A stretch of DNA of 64,000 nucleotides from Methanotrichaceae archaeon (GCA_963803145.1 CAWDLW010000020.1:128001-192000); one strand, 5' to 3'. Numbered from the stretch's first letter, positions 1 through 10,689 are shown. Made by a program: numbers and translations. The notes: a model not told the origin generated them from the letters alone.

Positions 1-2427
1 AAGAAAAGCGAGAAACGGATGAACAAGTCACAGGAGATTGCTCATCTCGGCAGTTGGGAACTGGACCTCCTGAACAACCGCCTATCCTGGTCAGATGAGG
101 TATACCGAATCTTCGGTCTACGGCCTCAGGAGTTTGGTGCCACTTATGAGGCCTTTCTCGATGCTGTGCATCCGGACGATCGTGCAGCAGTCGATGCTGC
201 ATATTCGGGCTCGCTTCGTGATGGAAAGGATACCTACGAGATCGAGCACCGGATTGTAAGAAAATCAAATGGCGAGGTCAGGATCGTCCATGAAAAATGC
301 GAACACATCCGAGATGAATCAGGCCAGATAATCCTGTCAGTCGGAATGGTACATGATGTCACAGAGCGCAAACAGGCAGAGGAAGCGCTGAGCAAGTCCA
401 AAGATGAACTTGAGTTGAGTGTTCAGGAGAGGACTGCCGAGCTGCAAGAGGCTAATAAGGCTCTGGGTGAATCCAAGGATTTCCTAGATAAAATCATAAA
501 TTCCATTGGCGATCCTATTTTCATCAAAGACAGGCAGCACCAGCTGATCCTGGTCAATGATGCCGCTTGCAAGTTATTTGGTCGCTCCCGGAAGGCCCTC
601 TTGGACCGTACTGCCTACGATCTCTTTCCTTCCAAAGATATGGCTGATATCTCCTGCGAGAAGGATGAGGAGGTCTTCAGGACGGGCGAAGAAGTTGTGA
701 ATGAAGAGACAAACACCTATGCACTTGGGACGACCCGCATAGTCCAGGTCAAGAAGGCTCTTTACACAGATAAGGCTGGAAATCAGTTCTTAGTAGGCAT
801 CACCAGGGATATCACTGAGATAAAGCGCTCTGAAGAGGCATTAGCCATAGAAAAAAGGAAAGCAGATGATGAGCAGCGTCGGCTAAAGGCTGTATTGGAT
901 GCTCTGCCCTTGGGAGTGTTTATCGTCGATGTCAAGGGCCATGTAATTCAGGTAAATGATCAGGCCGATCGCATCTGGGCCAAGTCTACGCCTTCCTCAG
1001 GGATAGTGGACTGGAGATCATACCGTGGCCACTGGGCAGATTCCGGAGAGGGCATAGAGTATGAAGACTGGCCACTATATCGATCGCTGAGATATGGCGA
1101 GATATACATCGCCAGGGCTATAGAGATAATGAGGTTTGATGGCAGCAGAGGAACCATCTTATCATCCAGTGCGCCGATTAAAGATGGTGGGGGCAATATC
1201 ATAGGTGCAGTATCAATCATACTGGATATAACCGATCGAAGGAGGATGGAAGAGGAGCTACAGATGGCTAAGGAGGCAGCTGATGCTGCTGCCGAGGCTA
1301 AGGGGATCTTCCTGGCTAATATGAGTCACGAAATCAGAACTCCCTTGAATGCAGTCATTGGACTTACTGACCTTCTCCTGGACACGGATCTAAAACCAGA
1401 GCAGGAAGAATGCATTGAGACAATAAGGTCCAGCGGAGATGCCCTTCTGGCGGTAATCAATGATATCCTTGACTTTTCCAAGATCGATAGCGGCAAGATG
1501 GAACTTGAGCATCAGCCTTTTGATCTCCGATCCAGTATAGAAGAATCACTTGATTTGGTGGCCCAGAAGGCAAAAGAGAAAGGTTTGAGCCTGACCTATG
1601 GGATGAATGATTCGGCGCCGAACATTATCGCTGGTGATCCAACTAGGCTTAGGCAAATTTTGATCAACCTGCTCAGTAATGCAGTCAAATTCACAGAGCA
1701 AGGGAATGTCGAGGTCTCTATCGCTTCACAGGCTAGAGATGATGGCAAATGCATACTCCATTTTGCAGTCAAGGATACTGGAATTGGCATACCCCAGGAT
1801 AGAATGGATAAGATTTTTCAGTCTTTCAGCCAGGCGGATATGTCCACTACTCGCAAGTACGGTGGCACTGGTCTCGGATTAGTTATAAGCAAACGCCTAG
1901 TTGAGATTCTGGGTGGCAAAATCTGGGTGGAAAGTATTGTAGGGAAAGGTTCTGCGTTCCATTTCATACTGCCAGTTGACGTATACTTAGGTCAATTGCC
2001 CAAGCCAAAGGAAGCCATATTTCAACGCAGGGGCAAAACACACGCTAATATGCGCATACTCCTAGCGGAGGATAACGCTGTCAATCAGAGAGTCATGCTC
2101 CAAATGCTTAAAAATTTAGGGCATAGGGCTGATGTAGCAGCCGATGGGACGGAGGTAATTAAAGCCCTGCAACTCCAATCATACGATCTGGTGCTTATGG
2201 ATATACAGATGCCAGAAATGGATGGTTTCGAAGCCACTCAGGAGATACGAAGACGCTGGCCAAATGGTCCAATGATTGTGGCTCTAACCGCCTATGCGCT
2301 AGAAGGTGACCGTGAGAAATGTCTCGATGCAGGCATGGATGGCTACATCGCTAAGCCTGTGAGGATTCAGGATCTGGCAGAAGTCCTGAAGCAGTATGCT
2401 CTTGACGCTCAGGACTTAACAGCTTAG
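1..2427 (+). CDS. Hybrid PAS/PAC sensor histidine kinase with receiver domain (5' partial)
   Basis: Three PAS-like segments, H-box FLANMSHEIRTPLN, N box (NLLSNAVKFT), G boxes (DTGIG, GGTGLGL) and C-terminal REC (LLAEDN...VLMDIQMPEMDG). The frame is open from base 1, so the gene starts upstream of the window. Confidence 0.95.
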   Translation, partial: KKSEKRMNKSQEIAHLGSWELDLLNNRLSWSDEVYRIFGLRPQEFGATYEAFLDAVHPDDRAAVDAAYSGSLRDGKDTYEIEHRIVRKSNGEVRIVHEKCEHIRDESGQIILSVGMVHDVTERKQAEEALSKSKDELELSVQERTAELQEANKALGESKDFLDKIINSIGDPIFIKDRQHQLILVNDAACKLFGRSRKALLDRTAYDLFPSKDMADISCEKDEEVFRTGEEVVNEETNTYALGTTRIVQVKKALYTDKAGNQFLVGITRDITEIKRSEEALAIEKRKADDEQRRLKAVLDALPLGVFIVDVKGHVIQVNDQADRIWAKSTPSSGIVDWRSYRGHWADSGEGIEYEDWPLYRSLRYGEIYIARAIEIMRFDGSRGTILSSSAPIKDGGGNIIGAVSIILDITDRRRMEEELQMAKEAADAAAEAKGIFLANMSHEIRTPLNAVIGLTDLLLDTDLKPEQEECIETIRSSGDALLAVINDILDFSKIDSGKMELEHQPFDLRSSIEESLDLVAQKAKEKGLSLTYGMNDSAPNIIAGDPTRLRQILINLLSNAVKFTEQGNVEVSIASQARDDGKCILHFAVKDTGIGIPQDRMDKIFQSFSQADMSTTRKYGGTGLGLVISKRLVEILGGKIWVESIVGKGSAFHFILPVDVYLGQLPKPKEAIFQRRGKTHANMRILLAEDNAVNQRVMLQMLKNLGHRADVAADGTEVIKALQLQSYDLVLMDIQMPEMDGFEATQEIRRRWPNGPMIVALTAYALEGDREKCLDAGMDGYIAKPVRIQDLAEVLKQYALDAQDLTA

Positions 2428-2744
2428 AAGGTTACATTCATCTCGTATATAATCCTGGCAATTCGGATTGGCTATTTACTAGTAAGGACGTGCGGAATTC
2501 CCGTACCCCACACTTCCTCCGCACTGAACGATATCTACCTTAGAGCCATTCCGATCGTATAAATAGAGGTTTGATGCTGGGCCTCGAAAGAACACCATAG
2601 CCTGGCTTCACAAATCCCTAGCTAAATTAGCGATCAAAGTTTAGTATTATAAATCCATCAGAATTAATTTCTGTAATAGCTCCTAAGGGATATTACCTTC
2701 GCCGAGTGTTTGCTTGGCATCATTCATAATTACCGGTATTTTCT

Positions 2745-2880
2745 TCTACGCAGCAAGCTGCGGGGCATGCAAGGCGCTGCCGCACAAAAATGGAACCAGG
2801 TTATCTGATCTATCCCTAAGTTGGATACGGATGCCCTCTATCCATCCGCAGCGAGCTGCGGGGTATTACGTTTAAAAGTA
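2745..2880. mobile_element. Probable non-autonomous IS200/IS605-type remnant (PATE/MITE-like) with two palindromic hairpins
   Basis: CGCAGCAAGCTGCG-GGGCAT (2749-) and CCGCAGCGAGCTGCGG-GGTATT (2846-) are near-identical hairpins in direct orientation ~97 bp apart, with no transposase ORF. Boundaries are approximate. Confidence 0.55.
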
Positions 2881-3084
2881 AAGATACAATATTCGATAAA
2901 ATCTAAACAATTGTTGCTAACAAAGAGGTTATAATTATGCCTGTTAGATATACACCTATAGATAGACCTAGTTCGATTTTGCCAGCTCAATCTCCCCAAC
3001 AGATATTATCTCTTCGAAATATTTATCATCGCAGAAAGTGAAGAACTGAATGTGAGCCGTTAGCAAAAAGTAAGGGATGGTAAA

Positions 3085-3546
3085 ATGAGACAATCTTTAA
3101 GGCTGATTGCTGTCTTACTTGTGGTGGCACTAGCTTTGATACCCCTAGGTGCTTGCGCATCTCAGGATATACTCGGGACTTGGAATGTAATAGGCAAAAT
3201 TGTAACCACATGCAGTACAGATCCGAATGCTCCTCAACCTGGGTCTTTAATGCCACCGCAAATCTGGTCAATTACAAACTCAGCAAATGGACCAATTCTT
3301 ACTAGCGATAAGGGGAGTGTATCAGGACAGTATACAGCTAACGGAGCAATGTTTGAGTTCACCACGACATTAGGCTCGGATCCTAGTTACGGACGCACTG
3401 ATTGCCTAACCCAAATCGAATGTTACGCTGATAGCCCTGCATCCATGTATGGAACTGTTGTGAATCATTACATCCAGACAATCTACATAACAGGAGCTAC
3501 TTTTGAAAGGTGCAGAGAGGCAATCCAATTTAGCGCGTCAAAATAG
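3085..3546 (+). CDS. Secreted hypothetical protein (possible lipoprotein)
   Basis: Hydrophobic N-terminus ending LGAC, followed by a beta-rich mature region with 4 Cys. Confidence 0.7.
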   Translation: MRQSLRLIAVLLVVALALIPLGACASQDILGTWNVIGKIVTTCSTDPNAPQPGSLMPPQIWSITNSANGPILTSDKGSVSGQYTANGAMFEFTTTLGSDPSYGRTDCLTQIECYADSPASMYGTVVNHYIQTIYITGATFERCREAIQFSASK

Positions 3547-3579
3547 CAATATAATCACTGAGGGTTGTAAATATAAGCA

Positions 3580-3623
3580 TATAAAGGGATGCCGATTTGA
3601 GTAGAGATTGCCATCCCTTTATA
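3580..3623. other. Intergenic inverted repeat (12-bp arms)
   Basis: TATAAAGGGATG (3580-3591) pairs with CATCCCTTTATA (3612-3623). Confidence 0.5.
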
Positions 3624-3971
3624 GCATTAGCTCTGCTTTATGCCACGTCAACTTTTGGCAGATAACTGCGAAGGATGGTCGCTGGAGGGAAAGTACAGTT
3701 TTACGAAGGTCCAAAAGATGCTGGAAAATTCAAAGGTTTTCTGCGAGGAAGTCCGGCCCGGTTTGAACGTCATGAGGTTGGACATCTAATTATCCATATG
3801 CTGGAAGATGCCAAAGCTCATCCTGTTAGCATTCCAGTAGATCAACGCAAATTGGAGCGCAAACCTCTATATAAAACAAAAAGCAAGATTGGGATAAAAA
3901 AGTAGATACTATAGTCAGCGCTCCAGAAGCTGAAGAAGTGGAAGATAGTACTTCATATACAATCGCTCAAA

Positions 3972-4541
3972 CTACTCAATAATCTTTACGGTGACTATAA
4001 TTGCCTTGATGCCATCATGGTGGCCCATCATGGACTTAACGGGCCTATGGCACATCTGCTTGCCAAACTGTCCCATCTCTCCCATCATGGACTTAACAGG
4101 CCTATCGAACATCTGCTTGTCGTCTTTTCCCATGGAGTTCTTGCATCCGCACTGATCATTCTGCTTGCCATCCCACTTTCCTTGCTTTTCATCCTTTCCC
4201 ATCATGGAGTTCTGGCATCCACACTGATCATTTTGCTTGCCATTCTCTCCCATCATGGACTTGACAGACTTCTGGCATCCGGACTGATCGTTTTGCCTGC
4301 CATCACACTTGCCTTGCTTTTCATCCTTTCCCGTCATGGAATTCTGGCATCCACACGGATTATTGTCCTGTCCCATGGAATTCTGGCAATTGCATTGATT
4401 CTGTTGGCCATCTTGCATCATGGGCTTCTGGTCATTCCACTGGTTTTGGTTTCCATTTTGTGTATCATACGGCATTGAAAAAGCTGGCATAATGAGAATA
4501 CATGCAACCGCCAATGCCATAAAGAATTTAGTATATTTCAT
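3972..4541 (-). CDS. Secreted Gln/Met/Cys-rich low-complexity repeat protein
   Basis: Signal peptide (MKYTKFFMALAVACILIMPAFS), repeats of QNDQCGCQNSMMGKDEKQG and VKSMMG, and a GGAGG RBS. Confidence 0.8.
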   Translation of the reverse strand: MKYTKFFMALAVACILIMPAFSMPYDTQNGNQNQWNDQKPMMQDGQQNQCNCQNSMGQDNNPCGCQNSMTGKDEKQGKCDGRQNDQSGCQKSVKSMMGENGKQNDQCGCQNSMMGKDEKQGKWDGKQNDQCGCKNSMGKDDKQMFDRPVKSMMGEMGQFGKQMCHRPVKSMMGHHDGIKAIIVTVKIIE

Positions 4542-4942
4542 TTAACATTACCTCCATTCAAGATCGACTCTAGTTTTTAGGCTGAGTCATCTTGGGACTA
4601 TCTCTATTTCCAATGATATAAAAAGGTATAGCTGAAGGAGCTATAAATCGAATCAGAACGATAGCCGTTAATTTATCTTATAAAGTCTCCTTCTCTGAGA
4701 AAGCCTCTCTAGATAAGTTAGACAATAGTCAAAATAGTCTTGATGCTTTAAGATTGATCGAGTACGACTTTGGAGAGACGGATGAGGTGTGTAGGACCGT
4801 TGAGATGAGGGTGATAGGATTGGTTGGAGAACGCTAGATCACGCTAGATGATAATACTTTCGCCCCTGGCACAATTTCCATTATTCATTCTAGTAACTAG
4901 CAAGGAAAAAAGATCCACTGTAATACGGCATAGAGACTGTTT

Positions 4943-5473
4943 CTACTTAATAGATGATAAATCCATCTCTACAGCCATATCATATGCCTCAACAGCGTCT
5001 TCATGTAACCCCAGCTGATCCAATGATTCGCCTTTTCCATACCACGGCAAAGCCCATTTTGGATTCATGGCAATAGCTATATCATATGCTTCAATAGATT
5101 CGTTATACCTTCCTTGATCAAAAAGAGTTTCTCCCTCGCCATACCAAGCTTTTGCGAGTTTGGAATCTAGAGTAGCAGCCGTATTATATGCCGCCATCGC
5201 CTCATCGTATTTTTCCATCTTGCGGAGGGCATTGCCTTTATGATCCCATGCTTCTGCATAGGATTGATCAAGCTCTATGGCCTGATCGTAGGCATAGACG
5301 GCCTCCTCATATCTGCTCATATTATAAAGAACATCACCTTTATTAAACCATTCTAAGGGATTTGGGTCACTTGGAGCGGAAACGTTCTCGTTAGTCAAGC
5401 TACATGCAATTCCAATTTCAATTGTCATGAAAGCTATTAATATGACTATCGGCTTCAGTGATAATTCTATCAT
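4943..5473 (-). CDS. Secreted TPR protein
   Basis: Signal peptide plus ~4 TPR repeats (W..KG..L...YEEA..AYD.AI). Confidence 0.9.
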   Translation of the reverse strand: MIELSLKPIVILIAFMTIEIGIACSLTNENVSAPSDPNPLEWFNKGDVLYNMSRYEEAVYAYDQAIELDQSYAEAWDHKGNALRKMEKYDEAMAAYNTAATLDSKLAKAWYGEGETLFDQGRYNESIEAYDIAIAMNPKWALPWYGKGESLDQLGLHEDAVEAYDMAVEMDLSSIK

Positions 5474-5491
5474 TATCTCACCCCTTTAGAC

Positions 5492-6145
5492 TTACTCAAT
5501 ACGAATGAATTGTCGAGACGGAGATGGCTTATCCCCTCGGATAAATATTCCTAAATGATACTGCTTTTCGTCGTATAACGGCGCTGTTCCCCCAGGGTTA
5601 TGCCAGCGTTCTAGGAATTCATTGCGTGGAATGAATCCTCTACTCCCCAATGTATATGGGTCTTCAAGGTAAACATTATTTTCATCAATTCCTATAACAA
5701 CCATGTAATGACCATCATACCAATCATCGGTCCAAGACTTATTCGAATATGAACTACCTCTCCATGATTGGCAATCTATTATCACAGGGACGCCCTCATT
5801 GATGGACTTTTCAAGATCCTCAAGAGTAATGTTATCCTTAATCTCGGCTTCAAGACCCATCTGCTGAGCCACTCTTACAATATCTCTTTCGTCTGTTCCA
5901 AAATCTGGGCTTGTGTTGAGCAGAGCCATTAATTCATCCTCCTCAATATCTATACCCCAATAATCCAGCACCGCCTGAAGGGCTGTTGCTCCGCAAGAGT
6001 AGTTTGCGCTCTGCCGTGTATCTGGTACATGAAATAGAATATTATTCGATGTCTCTTCAATTGGCGCCTCATTAATGCCGCATGCTTCAATGGCACCTAA
6101 GATGAATATTAAGAATATTATCATAAACAGCAAATTTTCCCTCAT
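5492..6145 (-). CDS. Peptidase C39-like family protein, exported
   Basis: Q-x5-CG motif (RQSANYSCGATAL), GHYMVVIG and LEDP give a Cys-His-Asp triad; N-terminal signal. Confidence 0.85.
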   Translation of the reverse strand: MRENLLFMIIFLIFILGAIEACGINEAPIEETSNNILFHVPDTRQSANYSCGATALQAVLDYWGIDIEEDELMALLNTSPDFGTDERDIVRVAQQMGLEAEIKDNITLEDLEKSINEGVPVIIDCQSWRGSSYSNKSWTDDWYDGHYMVVIGIDENNVYLEDPYTLGSRGFIPRNEFLERWHNPGGTAPLYDEKQYHLGIFIRGDKPSPSRQFIRIE

Positions 6146-6269
6146 AAGATAGAGTTTAGGGCTACACTATATAACTTTTGCTAAAATGAATAAAGAAAAT
6201 AATTCCTATAAATGCCATTTAAAAGAGGAAAAGAACTTTATCTTCACAAGCCTTCAGGCTTCATGATAT

Positions 6270-6632
6270 CTAGGTTGCATCCAAGTCGTTCTCCCATATA
6301 CCAAATGCATTCTCCTCCGTGTCCTCACATACAACGAAGTATCCCATTCCCGGGACTGAAGTTTTTGGAACCAGCACCTTTCCACCCAGATGCTGTATCT
6401 TTACGATATATCTATCCGTAGATGAAACATCAATATAGTTAACGATCGTCTGACCTGGCCTCTGCCTCTTAGTAAGGCTGCCAGAGATCGCATCTCCATT
6501 CCCTGTCTTGATAATTAGGCGATCGTTTAAGGAAGAAGTTTTGGATTCCTCGATACTCCAGCCGAAAAGCTCAGAGTAGAACTTCCTTGCCCTCTGAATA
6601 TCATCTGCAGGGATCTCAAACCAGCTTATCAT
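6270..6632 (-). CDS. VOC/glyoxalase-bleomycin resistance family protein
   Basis: WFEIPADD..RARKFYSELFGW, GGKVLVPK..VPGMG and DTEENAFGIW motifs. Confidence 0.9.
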   Translation of the reverse strand: MISWFEIPADDIQRARKFYSELFGWSIEESKTSSLNDRLIIKTGNGDAISGSLTKRQRPGQTIVNYIDVSSTDRYIVKIQHLGGKVLVPKTSVPGMGYFVVCEDTEENAFGIWENDLDAT

Positions 6633-7127
6633 CGAAATTTTTCCTTCATAGCCTCAAAGGCTAAGCCATCAATCACTTTACATAATTTTGCAGCACGTTG
6701 AAATACCAATGGATAATATTGATATCAAATTTTTTTAAACCTAGCTGCCAGGTTTTAGAGTACACCATCTACTCCCATCAAGGTCGTACTATTCCCCCAT
6801 TGCTGTTAATATTATCATATCTGCTTTCTCGTATTATTAAAAATTTTCTGTTTAGCTAATTACTTTCTCCTAACTCTAAAGAAGTAGATAGGTTAATGGG
6901 ATTATAACAAAAGCGAAATGCTTCCACAGGCTATTTTTTATAATTAGGATAATACAATGGATATTTAGGATATCATCAGTACGCGATATGCTTTGTCAGC
7001 ATAACCCGAATCAGTATTATTCATATTAATAATCGTATAAGTATAAATAATAGAGCTAACTTTGATGCAAAAAGAAGGCTAATGAGGTTTATATTCCTTC
7101 ACCATGCCTGAATTATTCTATTATTCT

Positions 7128-8249
7128 CTATCTTGGAATCACATTGATCTGGCCCTTCATGCCCATGTAGTCATGAAGCACACAGAGATATTTGTAAGTC
7201 CCAGGCGTACTGAAGGTGAGGTTATAGCTTTTCGGTCCTGGTAGCGGCACCATTGTGCCCCAGATAAGGCCCGAGTTGAAATAGCCAGCACCATTGTATA
7301 CCTTACTTCCGTTTGGCATCAGCACAATGGGGTTCAGTACTAATTTCGGCGGCCCTCTTTGCTGTGGCTCAGCAATGACAAGCTCAGGCTCTTTGCCTCC
7401 CGATAGGAAGGTGACCGTATGAGGAGTCTCCACACTTCCGCGGGTCCATTCTACTGAATCACCGACATGTATCGTCAGATCTGTTGGGGCAAATCGCATC
7501 CAATCAATGAGGCCATTGCCATAGCCTATCTTAACATCGTAAACAGTCGTCCCATTCTGCCCGGGATGACTGGATACATTTCCAGCTTTCGGCTCTGCCA
7601 ACAGAGCTGCCTCCATATCCGATGCAAGAAGCTTTGCAGCATCTGCATCTATCTGCTCTTGGGTCTTGGGATAAGGCGTGCCTGCTGGCTGCACTGTAAC
7701 GTTTCCCTTCATCATGCCGTGGAACGCACAGAAGTATTCAAACGTTCCAGGCTTGGTAAACGTCAGGTTGTACTCTCTGGGGAAGCCCGTCTCTATGTCC
7801 AGTTGACCTGAACCTGTCAGCATAGTCCCATTATAGGTTTGCCCTCCCTGTGGAAGTATTACAGTTGGATTGAATAACAAACGCTGGCTGCTATTATTCT
7901 CAGGGATTATAATACCTGGAACCTGTTTTCCTGTACCTAGGAAGGTTACAGTATGCGGCTCAGACGCTTTGAGCTTCCATGCAATCTTATCCCCGACATT
8001 GACGGTTATATTTTCAGGATAAAATCGCATAAATTGCCATGCACCTGATGGTCCGTACTCCTGGGGTTCAATTGCTGCCTCCCCGCCGACCAGCACCGTC
8101 CAGGTTACAGGGCCAGCCTGAGCAGCCTTCCCTTGCTGAACCTGCGCATAGGCTGCACCAGTCAAAACAACAAGTGCCATCGTACAGAAAGCAAGGAGCA
8201 TTATGATCTCCAAGCGGTATAGAATACCCTTACTTTGTCTTTTTGACAT
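7128..8249 (-). CDS. Secreted two-domain cupredoxin (blue copper) protein
   Basis: Two PHTVTF...GT(F/Y)xYxCxxH..M.G type-1 copper motifs and a signal peptide. Confidence 0.85.
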   Translation of the reverse strand: MSKRQSKGILYRLEIIMLLAFCTMALVVLTGAAYAQVQQGKAAQAGPVTWTVLVGGEAAIEPQEYGPSGAWQFMRFYPENITVNVGDKIAWKLKASEPHTVTFLGTGKQVPGIIIPENNSSQRLLFNPTVILPQGGQTYNGTMLTGSGQLDIETGFPREYNLTFTKPGTFEYFCAFHGMMKGNVTVQPAGTPYPKTQEQIDADAAKLLASDMEAALLAEPKAGNVSSHPGQNGTTVYDVKIGYGNGLIDWMRFAPTDLTIHVGDSVEWTRGSVETPHTVTFLSGGKEPELVIAEPQQRGPPKLVLNPIVLMPNGSKVYNGAGYFNSGLIWGTMVPLPGPKSYNLTFSTPGTYKYLCVLHDYMGMKGQINVIPR

Positions 8250-8486
8250 AGGATAAAATCCTCCGAGCGATTATGAGACGATTCTGAGAGAACCGACGTT
8301 ATTATTTGAAACTGCTTACTTCTTATATTTTTTGTAGAATAACATGACAATAGAAGCTAAAAGCATCTAGAAGCACCAAATTTAGTATAGCTGTGCTCTA
8401 TAGGAGCATATTTAACGTTACATTCTCGGGTATCTATTTCCAATTTAGATGAGCATTGACAATCCAGAAACTAAGGCGGTTCTATC

Positions 8487-8918
8487 CTAAAGTTCCTTCC
8501 ACATCCTGACAGCATTCTTTCCTCTGCCGTAATAATTTCTTAGCATTTCCTTCTTATGATACCCAGCCTTGCGATAGAGCTCCAAAGCTGCAGGGTTATT
8601 TATAGCAGCCTCAAGCCTTATACGCTCTACCCCCTGAGAACGCAGTCTTTCCTCCAGCGCTCGGATAAGCATTGAGCCTACGCCCTTTCTGCGATAATCA
8701 GGATGCACATCAAGTGTATAGATGAATCCAGTGTCTCCGCTGGCATAGCCGATGATGAATCCTGCCATTCTATTGTCCTCAAAGGCGGCCAATGTCATCG
8801 CGTATCTGATAAGGTACGCGAACATCCCCGGCGGAAAGGCGGTCTCATCAGGAAAGCAGAGAATCTCGATCTCGACGATCTTTGAAAGATCAGCCAGCTC
8901 CGCCGCGCGAACCATCAT
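8487..8918 (-). CDS. rimI: RimI-like GNAT N-acetyltransferase
   Basis: VHPDYRRKGVGS acetyl-CoA motif, N.AAL.LY.K.GY and NYYGRGKNAVRM. Confidence 0.85.
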   Translation of the reverse strand: MMVRAAELADLSKIVEIEILCFPDETAFPPGMFAYLIRYAMTLAAFEDNRMAGFIIGYASGDTGFIYTLDVHPDYRRKGVGSMLIRALEERLRSQGVERIRLEAAINNPAALELYRKAGYHKKEMLRNYYGRGKNAVRMWKEL

Positions 8919-9292
8919 CGCTTTTCAGATACCTGTTTCACCACGTCGGCATAAGCCCCGAAAACCTCCGGGATATCAACTGTACCGATAATATCCACCA
9001 CGCCAATAGCAGCAATGGTCTTTCCTTCCGCTACTATCGGCGCGACAGATACTGGAACTCCTTTGTATGCGCCGCTTTCAGGAATTTTGCGGATCGGCTT
9101 CCCTGTCCTCAAAACATCCTCAAGTATAGGGCCACTATAGCGTTCATCCAAGACCTTGCCTTTCTCAACTCTTACTCCAGGGCGGTTAGCGCTGCGTAAA
9201 GTGACAGGCAGCTTCACGACCTCATTGATTGCAAGGGCTAGCGGTGCCAGGTCAGAAGATCCGGCATCCTCAGATATAACAAGTCTGGGCAT
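8915..9292 (-). CDS. DUF2111 family methanogen protein
   Basis: LPVTLRS...GVRVEKGKV.D..YSGPILE.V...P.SGAYKGVPV.V.P...AIGVVD pattern; ATGA overlap with rimI. Confidence 0.8.
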   Translation of the reverse strand: MPRLVISEDAGSSDLAPLALAINEVVKLPVTLRSANRPGVRVEKGKVLDERYSGPILEDVLRTGKPIRKIPESGAYKGVPVSVAPIVAEGKTIAAIGVVDIIGTVDIPEVFGAYADVVKQVSEKR

Positions 9293-9412
9293 ATCAGACT
9301 ATATGGGCGCCACTTGCTATAAATTCTGCCCTTATTATCTCCACCTTAGGCTTCCTTTTCAAACGCTATATGGCCCCGCGGCGCTTGAACCCTACCTCTT
9401 CTTATCTCCACC

Positions 9413-10588
9413 TTAGGTTTGCTTTCTCTTCAGAAGCCTCGCCTGGAAGCCGTGATACTTGGCAAAGCCCTCTGCATCGCGCTGGCTCAGCGTTTGGGAG
9501 TCGAAGGAGACCATATCCTGCGCATAGAGTGCATCAGGCGATTTTCTGCCTACAGGTGTCGCGCATCCGGCATAAAGCTTCATCCTGACTGAGCCGTTCA
9601 CACGCTTCTGGCTATGGTCGATGAAGGCGTTCAGGTCTGGAAACAGAGGATCGTCAACAAGCCCCATGTAAGCCAGCTCTGACCAAGTCTCATCAACGAC
9701 TGACTTGAACCTGAGCTCCTGCCTGGAGAGTACCAGATGCTCTAGGTCATTGTGAGCTGTGAGAAGTATCGTCGCAGCGGGATGCTCATAATTCTCGCGA
9801 GCCTTTAGGCCAAGAACTCTATCCTCGACCATATCTGTCCTTCCGATGCCGTGCTCGCCCCCGATCTGATTGAGCTTTGTTATCAGTTCGATTCCATCCA
9901 TCTTCGCCCCGTCGATGGAGACTGGCACGCCCTTCTCAAATCCTATCTCGATAACCAGGGCAGGCTTATTTGCATCAGGCTTCTTTGACCAGCTATAGAT
10001 CTCCTCAGGCGGCTCAAAGTAGGGATCCTCAAGCCTTCCGCCCTCAATGGACCTGGACCAGAGGTTTTCATCTATCGACCATGGCTTGTCTTTCGTGACA
10101 GGCACATCTATTCCGTGCTCCCGCGCATAATTGATCTCCCATTCGCGCGCGAGATCAAGCTCTCTCATAGGCGCGATTACGCGACAGCTTGTGCACCTGA
10201 AGACCTCTTCGAACCTTAGCTGATCGTTTCCGCGCCCTGTGCAGCCATGCGCCAATGCATTTATTCCTTCCTTCTCGGCGATCTCGACGGCCTTTGAGGC
10301 TATCAGCGGCCTGGCTATTGCAGTTCCCAGAACATAACCCTCGTAAGATCCATTTGCCTTAATCAATGGAAAGAGGTAATTCTCGACGAACTCTTTCCTG
10401 GCATCTATAACATAATGCTTATCGGCAAGCTGCTTCGCGCGGTTGTTTCCCCGTTCAATATCAGCTCCGGGCTGGCCGACATCAACAAGAACAGTTATGA
10501 CTTTATCAAATCCATAACGCTCCCTCAGAAGCGGTATGCAGACGGATGTATCGAGGCCTCCCGAATAGGCCAATACAACTTCACTCAA
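9413..10588 (-). CDS. argG: Argininosuccinate synthase
   Basis: [24 protein letters not shown] and [15 protein letters not shown]. The probable TTG start at 10588 follows a GGTGA RBS. Confidence 0.97.
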   Translation of the reverse strand: MSEVVLAYSGGLDTSVCIPLLRERYGFDKVITVLVDVGQPGADIERGNNRAKQLADKHYVIDARKEFVENYLFPLIKANGSYEGYVLGTAIARPLIASKAVEIAEKEGINALAHGCTGRGNDQLRFEEVFRCTSCRVIAPMRELDLAREWEINYAREHGIDVPVTKDKPWSIDENLWSRSIEGGRLEDPYFEPPEEIYSWSKKPDANKPALVIEIGFEKGVPVSIDGAKMDGIELITKLNQIGGEHGIGRTDMVEDRVLGLKARENYEHPAATILLTAHNDLEHLVLSRQELRFKSVVDETWSELAYMGLVDDPLFPDLNAFIDHSQKRVNGSVRMKLYAGCATPVGRKSPDALYAQDMVSFDSQTLSQRDAEGFAKYHGFQARLLKRKQT

Positions 10589-10689
10589 ACGTATATCACC
10601 GCTCCCGTACAATAAGCCATGCAAATTTAATGTTATCTCTTCTTTTGGGCGATAACTCTATAACTGCCGCGGAAAAAAATGATGCCATA

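Noticed and set aside
3675-3905. 76-aa ORF (likewise 27580-27858 and 34825-35034)
   Set aside because: No recognisable motif or RBS; the last one merely crosses the non-coding repeat.
4017-4478. 153-aa hydrophobic His-rich plus-strand ORF
   Set aside because: It is the antisense shadow of the Gln/Met repeat gene.
9370-9400. tRNA-like 3' fragment (GGTTCAA...GGGGCCA on the minus strand)
   Set aside because: The T-stem does not pair and there is no D or anticodon arm.
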